The notes beneath the pieces are model-generated. The model saw nothing but the letters and a program-made list of their open reading frames with translations. It had not been told where the DNA came from and did no database searches. Positions 20,140 through 28,044 of a stretch of DNA of 34,403 bases are shown piece after piece (positions within the stretch are counted from its first letter, which is position 1; every line of letters begins with the position of its first letter). A program made the position numbers and the translations under genes. Origin of the DNA: an uncultured Thermococci archaeon (GTDB lineage: Archaea > Methanobacteriota_B > Thermococci > Thermococcales > Thermococcaceae); assembly GCA_964615185.1 (NCBI GenBank), contig CAZTOS010000016.1, positions 1-34,403 of the forward strand, given 5' to 3'.

Positions 20140-20361
20140 TGTGACACCTCCGCAAATATTGTGCAGTGATATGTACATTATGTACTAATTTATACCTTTT
20201 TGTTTAAAATTTTTCAAGAAATAGGTGTTAAGTTTAACTATTTTTTTAACAGTGGCAATACCCAAAATGTAAACATATGGGTAACTTTTACTCTTAGTAA
20301 TCCAAATTTGATAGAGTACGAATCGTATTGTTACTATCTCTTTCTCTATGTAAAAATATCC

Positions 20362-20615
20362 GCAAACAAATGGGCATTATCGGATCGTTCTAAAATGCTT
20401 GGGCCAGTAACTGATGGAGGAAAATTGTGTCTATTACCGCTCCAGGGTGCTGGGCTCAATGATAACACCAATCATTAAAGGAGGGCGTGAGGTTAATGTC
20501 TCAATTGCAGTAGAAGGAGTAAAGGTTGGGGATGACATTGTCATAGAAATAAAAGCATAAAGGTTTTGTCAAAGTAGCCTCTTCTGGTGTTGACACGACT
20601 AAAGAAGGGAGCCTT
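20362..20615 (+). pseudogene. Decayed N-terminal fragment of an acetamidase/formamidase family gene
   Basis: Across frameshifts: SKMLGPVTDGGK / IVSITAPGCW / MITPIIKGGREVNVSIAVEGVKVGDDIVIEIK / SIKVLSK / SSGVD. Confidence 0.65.
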
Positions 20616-20959
20616 ATATAATCTTAGGCAATAGGGGTTTTTATTCTACTACTCTGTTTGCTTAAGGCTTGACTTGTCTTCTCAGTGCTTCCCGTTCTGG
20701 CCTCTCTGTCCTGAAGGGCAAGACTTTCAAAAGAGAAAAAGTAATTGTTGCTATCTGTCCACATTAGGGGTGCTCTTTCCATTTCAAGCTCTCATAAAAA
20801 CTTGTTGGCCTGGATATATTCTATCATTGTTTCAGTGCAAAGTAACTAAGCTCAGACTAACTTCCCAGGAATTATTCTTTAATTGTTTGATAAATCTGAG
20901 AACTTCGATGTTTTATATTGTTTGATTGATATCTCTTATCTTTATTTAAGTGAGAACTG

Positions 20960-21328
20960 CTATTTCCATTTCTCAAATAGCTCTCTCTTGGTTTTTGCAT
21001 AAATTTCATCAAAGGCTTCTCTCCAGTCTTTGGTGAGCTTGAGAAGTCTGCGTGGCCTGTTTCTGGGATTCTCGACAAGTCTTGTTTCAATTATGCCAAG
21101 TTCTTCCATTTCAAACATGAGGTTTCTCCAGCTTCTGAGAGCAGTCCCGGGATTCACACCAAGGAACTCAGCAAGTGCCAGGTTGCAGAGCTCTTCAGCT
21201 TCACACTTGCAGTAATCTCTGTGTGTCCAGCAAGGCCCTCCTCTTTCCCGAAATGTTTTCTTTATCATGGGGGCATTTTCAAGGGCTACAATCATCTTCA
21301 TTACATTCCTGAGTGTGGCTCCTCCCAT
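20960..21328 (-). CDS. Small wHTH-type DNA-binding protein with a Cys/His cluster
   Basis: CWTHRDYCKC; LAEFLGVNP...MEELGIIETR...PRRLLKLT helix-wing pattern; ATG 21328 with GAGGT RBS. Confidence 0.7.
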   Translation of the reverse strand: MGGATLRNVMKMIVALENAPMIKKTFRERGGPCWTHRDYCKCEAEELCNLALAEFLGVNPGTALRSWRNLMFEMEELGIIETRLVENPRNRPRRLLKLTKDWREAFDEIYAKTKRELFEKWK

Positions 21329-21354
21329 GGTAATAACCTCAATGGTGAATAGTT

Positions 21355-21377
21355 CGAATTGCTTTAAAAGCAATTCG
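21355..21377. promoter_or_regulatory. Palindrome CGAATTGCTTTAAAAGCAATTCG, putative operator of the wHTH gene
   Basis: 11-bp perfect arms about 27 bp upstream of the start codon, centred on a TATA-like sequence. Confidence 0.7.
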
Positions 21378-21624
21378 GATATAATAGCGATTTGTCAAAA
21401 TACTCAGTTGGTGGGGAGTGTCCGGAAATATCCTCCTAAATGATATCTTAAGGAAAGTCAAGAAAAATTTTAAACTCGAAGTTCTATTAATATTAAAGTA
21501 ACTTTCAGCTTTAGAGAGAATCCTGTACCTATATGGAAATTCTTATATTTTAAAGTCAATCGTGTTTGCCAAAAGGGTAAAGTAGTTAATGAGGGGCTGG
21601 ATTTGAGAGTCTCAAAAATTTAAA

Positions 21625-21650
21625 AAGTGCCAGCCCTTGTGGACTGGCAC
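21625..21650 (-). terminator. Hairpin AGTGCCAG...CTGGCACT followed by T-runs on the minus strand
   Basis: 8-bp stem 10 bp after the stop of the 21661 gene. Confidence 0.45.
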
Positions 21651-21660
21651 TATTGCGACA

Positions 21661-22107
21661 CTACTCTGAATACTCTTTGATAGCACTTTGTATCTTACAT
21701 AGTAAATATTCCTGATTAGCAACTACTCTTGCAAGCCTCTCTATGTCACCATAGTAAGCACTGGCTTCAGCTGAAAGTGCCATCCACTCGAATAGTGCAC
21801 TAAGGAATGAAATATAGAACCTGAACCATTCTTCTGTCTTGTCTTGGATTTCGTTGTAGGTAATTAATGCAAGATAAAAATTACTATGTAGCTTTCTGGA
21901 CTTCTTAATAAGTTCATTTACAGACATTTGCTCATGATTCTTGATTATTGTATCCACAAAGCTCTCATAGTCATTGAACAGCTTGAAGTGAAGTCTTGCA
22001 TTCTTACGCCAAGGGAGTATTAGGTCCAACTTATCTGGCTGGTAGTTAATGACTTCTTCTTCGATTATTTGTTTGACATACTTCAATTCAGAACTACACT
22101 CTACCAT
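21661..22107 (-). CDS. Hypothetical alpha-helical protein
   Basis: Strong GGAGGTGAT RBS before ATG 22107; no recognised motif. Confidence 0.7.
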   Translation of the reverse strand: MVECSSELKYVKQIIEEEVINYQPDKLDLILPWRKNARLHFKLFNDYESFVDTIIKNHEQMSVNELIKKSRKLHSNFYLALITYNEIQDKTEEWFRFYISFLSALFEWMALSAEASAYYGDIERLARVVANQEYLLCKIQSAIKEYSE

Positions 22108-22433
22108 ATTTATCACCTCCTTATTTTTCTGCAATCTCTATTTGGAGATTGCTCTTGGTAGAGTTTTCTTCAATGTTCTACAAAAGCTTTTGGAACAAAA
22201 ATTCAAAAATTTTTATTTTTATTTGGTATTATAACAAAAATGCATCTAAATTATTGGTAAAATATAAATATTCATATTATTTTGTGTCCCATCAATAATA
22301 TCTGTTCAAGAAACACCAAGGTTGTTTTCTTTTTTTCTCCAAAATTTTTTCTCTTATTAAATAGTGGTTTTTAAACCCCTCCTTAAATGTATCTTTCAAG
22401 TGTATACTCTCTACTAGCACCTTTCTGTGAATT

Positions 22434-24368
22434 TTATGGCTTTTTTCTCAAATTTCCAATTAATATCACTCCAATCACTGAAATAATCCATGAAACTGCA
22501 TATATGAATGAATCAGGTTTTGTTGCCCTAATTATAACAAAGTCACAGGTTTCTTTTATCTCGTTTAAAACACATACCTGCACACTATACTCTCCCTCCC
22601 TCCTGTCAGTTTTTATTTTAATTTTAAGTTCTTGCGTTTCCCCGGGCTCAAGAGCAAAGCTTGATTTTGATACTTCATAGAACCAGTCTTTAGGAACTTC
22701 AGCAACCAGAGATAGGTTTTTCAGTTTTGTGTCCCCTGCATTTCTAACTTTCACCGGAATTGTTATTTCATCTTGAGTCTCATAATAGTAGGAATCCAGA
22801 ATAATCTTAATTTTTGGATCCTCGATAACGTGAAGCCTGAGAGCTTTCTCTGTGATGTTATCTGTAGTTAGGGTTCTGAAGGTTAGGTTATAAGTTCCTG
22901 GATGTAGTTCTTCAGCTCTTAGCTTTAGATATAGAACAGCGACTTCTTTTGGTGCCAGTTTAAGAGTAGAAATGGCTTTCTCTGAGGTTGGAGTTCTTAG
23001 CACCCACCACCTTATGTTCTTGGGTCCAGATAAATCAAATGTTATCTCTCTTTTCTCGTAACCCGAATTTTTAAGAATGAAGCTTATAGTAGTGTATTCT
23101 CCATTCAGCTCTACGTCTAATGTTTCAAAAGATAATTCGACCTTCGAAGGTTCCTTTTCTAAGATGACATCAAGCTCTCTATTCTCAACGGGGTTCAGAC
23201 TAACATTGATAGTTTTGTTCTTGTATCCTTTGGCAGCTAATGTCATTGTATAGGTTCCGGGATTTAGCTCAAACTCAACTCTCCCTTCTGAATCTCCAAT
23301 CTTTGTTAGATTCCCAAATTTCACGATTGGATATTTGATTGGGACTAAGTCCTCATTGAAGACTCGTATTTTTACACTTATAGGTTGGGTTCTACACTCA
23401 CCGAGAAAGCTGATATTGAATTGATAGCTATTTCCGTTGATAAGCACCTTGATTTTTCCTTTATTTGGACCAGTATATGGTTTTTCAGCAACTAAGTACA
23501 CAACTTTTTTCTCGTTTGGTTCCAGAAACAGAACTCTGGTTCTTTGATTTTCACTGTCATGAAAATCGACGTTCCAGTCTTGAGGCTTCTCAAGTATCCT
23601 AAATACCAGAAAATCCCCATCTCCGTGATTTTCCACAATTATTGGGAACTCAGCCCTTTCATTGCAAGAGACCTGAAGTTGTGAATAGGGAATTATGATT
23701 GTGAAATTTTCCCTATGTTCTTTGTCGGGAAGTTCTATTTTGATCTCCCCTACAAAGCTGTTTATTCTAAACCTAACTCTGTCACTTCTTGCGTTAGCGG
23801 GAATATCAATTATCAGATATAGCTTGATACTTTTTTCTGATCCAAGGAGTAGCTGTTTGATTGAGTAAGTCTTTTCAGAAGTTTCAAAGTGGGCTTTCCA
23901 ATTATTGGGTACATCTATCAGCTCAAATGTCAGTGTGAGGTTGTCCAGTGTGGGATTCTCTATTTCAATTGGTAGCTTTAGTATAGTTCCTGGAGTTGCT
24001 TTTACAACAAGTGGCTGATATCTAACCCTGAATTTTTCGGCATGTTGAACTCTCTGAACTTTTGCATCTGGACCATAGATAAGAATGTGTAGCCTTTCAT
24101 TTACCCACTTGCCGATAATAAGAGTGAAATTTCCAAATTCAATTTGCTTCCCGAATATTGCCTTTCCAAACCATATTATCTGGCTCTCATTTGTGATCAT
24201 TAAGTATGGTTCTCCAGAAAGGCTGAGCTGAAGCTGTATCATAAAATTGTTCACTTTCAAAGCATCATAAGTGGTTATGTGTTCGTTAAAGATGGGTTCT
24301 CCTTTTAGGGCTTGTGAAAGGGGGAGAACTGATAAAGATATTATGAGCAAAGTAAGAATTTTTCTCAC
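22434..24368 (-). CDS. Surface protein with repeated Ig-like (NEW3/COG1470-like) domains, a PEGA/carboxypeptidase-regulatory-like domain and C-terminal TM
   Basis: Signal peptide; repeated xENxG...P..W...L.P.E patterns; PGTYTMTLAAKGY; C-terminal hydrophobic helix followed by RKKP. Confidence 0.8.
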   Translation of the reverse strand: MRKILTLLIISLSVLPLSQALKGEPIFNEHITTYDALKVNNFMIQLQLSLSGEPYLMITNESQIIWFGKAIFGKQIEFGNFTLIIGKWVNERLHILIYGPDAKVQRVQHAEKFRVRYQPLVVKATPGTILKLPIEIENPTLDNLTLTFELIDVPNNWKAHFETSEKTYSIKQLLLGSEKSIKLYLIIDIPANARSDRVRFRINSFVGEIKIELPDKEHRENFTIIIPYSQLQVSCNERAEFPIIVENHGDGDFLVFRILEKPQDWNVDFHDSENQRTRVLFLEPNEKKVVYLVAEKPYTGPNKGKIKVLINGNSYQFNISFLGECRTQPISVKIRVFNEDLVPIKYPIVKFGNLTKIGDSEGRVEFELNPGTYTMTLAAKGYKNKTINVSLNPVENRELDVILEKEPSKVELSFETLDVELNGEYTTISFILKNSGYEKREITFDLSGPKNIRWWVLRTPTSEKAISTLKLAPKEVAVLYLKLRAEELHPGTYNLTFRTLTTDNITEKALRLHVIEDPKIKIILDSYYYETQDEITIPVKVRNAGDTKLKNLSLVAEVPKDWFYEVSKSSFALEPGETQELKIKIKTDRREGEYSVQVCVLNEIKETCDFVIIRATKPDSFIYAVSWIISVIGVILIGNLRKKP

Positions 24369-24369
24369 T

Positions 24370-25296
24370 TTAAGAACCTCCTTTGTACTTGTAAATCTTT
24401 ACTTCAGCCTCAGGATTCTCTTTGAGAATTTCATTCAAGTCTACATCCTTGATGTATCTCGGCCCTTTATTTGTTAGAACAACATCAAAGGGACTTAACT
24501 GAAGCTTTTGATTTATGATGTCCTTTAAAGGGAGTATTTTTGTGTAATAAGGCCCTCTCGTTTTCATCCAATAAACTTTGGGAACCCTGTTCTCTGTAAC
24601 CTCAAAGTACCCCTTTGGTGTTGCAAGATAAAATCTCTCATAGCCAGCTCCAATGATTTCCCCTTCCAAATCATAGCAAAAGCCTTCACAGTATGTGAGC
24701 TTTACAAAAACTCGATAAGTCTTACCCTCACGACAACCCTTTTCGAGATAAAGATTCCTTGCACCAACAAAAGTTGGCATGGCTGATCTGAAAACAGAAC
24801 GCCAGCCAATGTAGTAAATGCTAACTGTTGAAACAGCTAAAAATGAGAATATAAGGAAAACCACAAGCTCTTGTCTTGAGTTTGTCTTCACCGTAAGCCT
24901 CTGTGGAATGAAGTAAACTGGTCGTGGATTAGGCCAGAAGAGCATTACTCCAGTTTTAGTCATTCCATCTGCGACAAGATGGCTTAATGTTCCCACAGAA
25001 AAAGCCACTGCATACGTTAATTTCCCACCCGGATAGGTAATTGCAAGTGATAAACACGTCTCTCCAAGCCAGAACCAGAGGCTGTGTGTAAGTGTTCTGT
25101 GTCCATAACGTTTGTTGATCCATTTTGAAAGGGGTAAGAATAACATCCCTATACTGCTGGTTGGATTGTCGATGTCGGGGATTAAAGCCCCAAAGGCGAC
25201 TATTGCAAGGATGCCTCTTGTTATTGGGAGGCTGAAGATAGAAGCTGTTATCCCGTAGAAAAATATGGAGAAAACAATGTGGGTAAGTCCCATCAT
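24370..25296 (-). CDS. Membrane-bound metal-dependent hydrolase (YdjM/DUF457-like) with C-terminal extension
   Basis: THxxF, GALIPDID, GHRTLTHS, SHLVADGMT...GV.LFWP motifs. Confidence 0.85.
   Translation of the reverse strand: MMGLTHIVFSIFFYGITASIFSLPITRGILAIVAFGALIPDIDNPTSSIGMLFLPLSKWINKRYGHRTLTHSLWFWLGETCLSLAITYPGGKLTYAVAFSVGTLSHLVADGMTKTGVMLFWPNPRPVYFIPQRLTVKTNSRQELVVFLIFSFLAVSTVSIYYIGWRSVFRSAMPTFVGARNLYLEKGCREGKTYRVFVKLTYCEGFCYDLEGEIIGAGYERFYLATPKGYFEVTENRVPKVYWMKTRGPYYTKILPLKDIINQKLQLSPFDVVLTNKGPRYIKDVDLNEILKENPEAEVKIYKYKGGS
25040..25064 (-). repeat. Repeat family A copy inside the hydrolase coding sequence
   Basis: Minus strand GAGAGACGTGTTTATCACTTGCAAT, 24/25 identical to the copy at 2365-2389. 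Confidence 0.8.
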
Positions 25297-25361
25297 GATT
25301 CTACACCATTTTTTGTTTGTGTGTTTTTATTCGCCCTTCGAATCTGGCCGAATTTTGCACA

Positions 25362-26219
25362 TCAGTCATTTCTCACGGGGTACACAACCAAGCTCCTGAA
25401 TGCAAAGTAAAGCATCATTGAGATGAAGCTACCAAAGCTGTAGAGCTCCTTGTCTCCTGTGCCCCTTGAAATGTACTTGAAAGCGACAAGGCTGAAGGCT
25501 AAAATTACCAGTATTGGAAAGAGATTTATGGGCTTGTCCTGAATTGCTCCATGTTCATTCTCCCTCAGCTCTTCACCTTTCTTTAAGGCTTCAAGCTGGC
25601 TTTTAATGCAGAGGGCGTTTCTGTTACAGTTCTTCAAAATTCGCTCTTTCATTTGCTTGTTTAATGAAAGTCCAAGTTTTGACGATTCCTCCTCAATGAA
25701 TTTCTTAGCCTCCTCTTCAGTGAAAGGTTCCATTTCAATGGTCTTGAGTTCCCATACGAGCCTTTTCATCTCGGGCTTCTTGTAGAGCTTATCTACGTAC
25801 TCGTCATTAGCAACGCAGAGAAGTTTTACTTTCTTAGTTCCCTCTATAAGAAGTCGAAACGCTGTCGCTGAAGTTGTGGTGATTGTGTGAAAATCATCGA
25901 GGATTATGACCATTGAGAATTCCTTTCTATTTAGCTCGTTGGCAATGTATTGAGCCAGCTGTGGAATGCTTCCCCTCTTATAACTCTTCCACTTTTCATT
26001 GGCCTCTCCATCTTCAAGAACCATTTTCAGAATCTCGAGGAGGATTGCCTTTGGGGGCTTTGGCTGGGGGAAGTAAAGCCATATTTGAGATGCTCTGTCA
26101 TTCTCTTGGAGCAGTTCATTGACGAGATGAGTTTTGCCAACTCCATGCTGGCCCCTTAACAGGATATGACTCCCCTTATTAAGTTCCTTTAAAATCTCCT
26201 GTTTGAGTTCTTCTCTCAT
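25362..26219 (-). CDS. AAA-type P-loop ATPase with two C-terminal TM helices
   Basis: Walker A GQHGVGKT, Walker B IILDDFH, EPFTEEEA, hydrophobic C-terminal hairpin. Confidence 0.8.
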   Translation of the reverse strand: MREELKQEILKELNKGSHILLRGQHGVGKTHLVNELLQENDRASQIWLYFPQPKPPKAILLEILKMVLEDGEANEKWKSYKRGSIPQLAQYIANELNRKEFSMVIILDDFHTITTTSATAFRLLIEGTKKVKLLCVANDEYVDKLYKKPEMKRLVWELKTIEMEPFTEEEAKKFIEEESSKLGLSLNKQMKERILKNCNRNALCIKSQLEALKKGEELRENEHGAIQDKPINLFPILVILAFSLVAFKYISRGTGDKELYSFGSFISMMLYFAFRSLVVYPVRND

Positions 26220-26240
26220 TTTGAACCCTCTTTTGAGAGT

Positions 26241-27083
26241 TTATAAGAAAATGTACTCAATTTCACGGTAATATTCTGGCAGTGTTTTAGTAAATGGAAA
26301 AATTGATCCAGTTTGCGGCTCTATAATGTAAACGCCAAGCTGGTTTGTGCTGTTTATCTTAAAGAGTATAATGTTAAAGGCATGATTTTTAGAATACGCA
26401 ACACCCAGTGCCAGGAGAGAATAGTGGGTTTTGCTCTCTGAGTAGAGCCTCCATGCAAAGTCATCACAATCATTAAGCTCAACTTTGTACTTGAGTCCGG
26501 GGATCTTGGTCCAATTAATGAATGTCTCAAGTTTGTCTATGTTCTCTATTGGCGGAGCTATGTACACAATGTCGCTCGTAATGATTTTTGCCTTAGGGAA
26601 AATTTTCTTTAGCTCTTCTTCGATGTGGAGATTCATAAAGGCCACACCGTTTTCATAAATCTCCCTTTCACTAACTGGCAATGTTTGATTTTTGTCCTTA
26701 TTTATCTTCCTGAGAATCGAATTAATGTCCTCATTTGCATACTCCATTATCTGCTCAAGCTCCATGAGTTTAAACTCAGTTCTTTGAGCTGTAGTATTAA
26801 GTGAGTGTCTGAGCTCTACAAGGCTCTGATTGAATTTAGATAGCTGGGCATGGAGCGATTGTATTTCTTTTTGTTGTTGTAGGATTATTTGATTGAGACT
26901 TTCTTGGCTTGATTTTAGTGCCTGCATTTGGGTGATGCTTTTGTTTATGTCCTTGTGTATATTGTTTAACTGCTGAAGAAGTGGCATAAGAGTTGTTTCT
27001 TGAGTGTTGTCGTGGGGTGTAACTTGGGAAACAATAAAGAGAGTGGCAAATACAATGGTTGCAATTTCAATGTACCATTTCAT
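26241..27083 (-). CDS. Membrane-anchored coiled-coil protein with C-terminal papain/transglutaminase-like Cys-His domain
   Basis: N-terminal TM, long Gln-rich heptads, DCDDFA...HAFN...IEPQ motif. Confidence 0.75.
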   Translation of the reverse strand: MKWYIEIATIVFATLFIVSQVTPHDNTQETTLMPLLQQLNNIHKDINKSITQMQALKSSQESLNQIILQQQKEIQSLHAQLSKFNQSLVELRHSLNTTAQRTEFKLMELEQIMEYANEDINSILRKINKDKNQTLPVSEREIYENGVAFMNLHIEEELKKIFPKAKIITSDIVYIAPPIENIDKLETFINWTKIPGLKYKVELNDCDDFAWRLYSESKTHYSLLALGVAYSKNHAFNIILFKINSTNQLGVYIIEPQTGSIFPFTKTLPEYYREIEYIFL

Positions 27084-27210
27084 TTTACCCTCTCCTGGTT
27101 GTTTTCATACAAACTATGGTGGTAAAAACAATAAAAAATTTTCGATAGCTAATAGTAATCAGGATTTTGATAATAGTAATAAATTTATAAATGAGCAATA
27201 AGGAGAAAGT

Positions 27211-27807
27211 TCAAAGAGAAACTATAAACTTGATGATATCGCCATCGGGAGTATAAAGATATCCTGCATGAGATCTATTTCCATCAACTCTGAGCTCTCC
27301 CAAATCTGTAGATACCATGAATGTCTTCTTACCTACCTTTTTGAGCCCTAAGATACTTACTGGAGAATTCTGGAGATGCTCATAATATGCTTTAACAGCG
27401 ATAATGGCAAAATCCCCAGTAGTGGAGGGTTCTTCATTTACTTTGACTCTATATGTTGGGCTAAACATTGGGTTCTTTACCTGTTCAACTCCTCTGATGT
27501 GGAACTCTCTGATTTTTTCTTCAGGAGACTGTTTTTGAAGTGGTGGCTTGTAAACCTTGGGTCTTTTGGATGTGGCTTTGTAATGATAAAACAGCAGGAC
27601 TCCAGACAGTAATAACTCTTTTTCATTTTGTACTAACTTAGATAGAGCATTGGCAAGTACATCTGGATCTTCATTTCTGGATAAGGCTTCTTTGATAAGT
27701 CCTTCTAACTCGTCAATCTTTTCAAATGGTGGAGAACCTCTGTAGAGGTACCTTATCAAGCTGTCCTTTATTTTTGAGTCTACTAATAGAATTTTCTCCG
27801 TTTTCAT
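27211..27807 (-). CDS. Hypothetical protein
   Basis: ORF with likely start ATG 27807 (AGGTG RBS); no recognised motif. Confidence 0.65.
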   Translation of the reverse strand: MKTEKILLVDSKIKDSLIRYLYRGSPPFEKIDELEGLIKEALSRNEDPDVLANALSKLVQNEKELLLSGVLLFYHYKATSKRPKVYKPPLQKQSPEEKIREFHIRGVEQVKNPMFSPTYRVKVNEEPSTTGDFAIIAVKAYYEHLQNSPVSILGLKKVGKKTFMVSTDLGELRVDGNRSHAGYLYTPDGDIIKFIVSL

Positions 27808-28044
27808 GCTAGCACCTATTTTTAGCATTTTACCATTAATAGTTTTAAGCTTTTTGATTAGAGTGATAATTAATTTTTGGTTATTCTTTTTAACTAGCTG
27901 GTAAAAAGTGTTCATGAGGAATATCTTAATCAGTTTTATCTCTTATAAAACTTCATTTTTGGTGTTTTCTGAAATCTCTAGGACAAATTTTAAATAAAAG
28001 ACAGGTGAAATAATGTTCTTGTAAATAACATAGAAGGTGTCGAA

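Noticed and set aside
20200..20925. ORFs 20200-20478 and 20674-20925 as real genes
   Set aside because: No clear RBS or protein-like composition; the first partly overlaps the acetamidase remnant
21374..21401. dif-like site TTCGGATATAA-TAGCGA-TTTGTCAAAAT
   Set aside because: Left arm resembles Thermococcales dif but the right arm and spacing fit poorly; it also overlaps the palindromic operator
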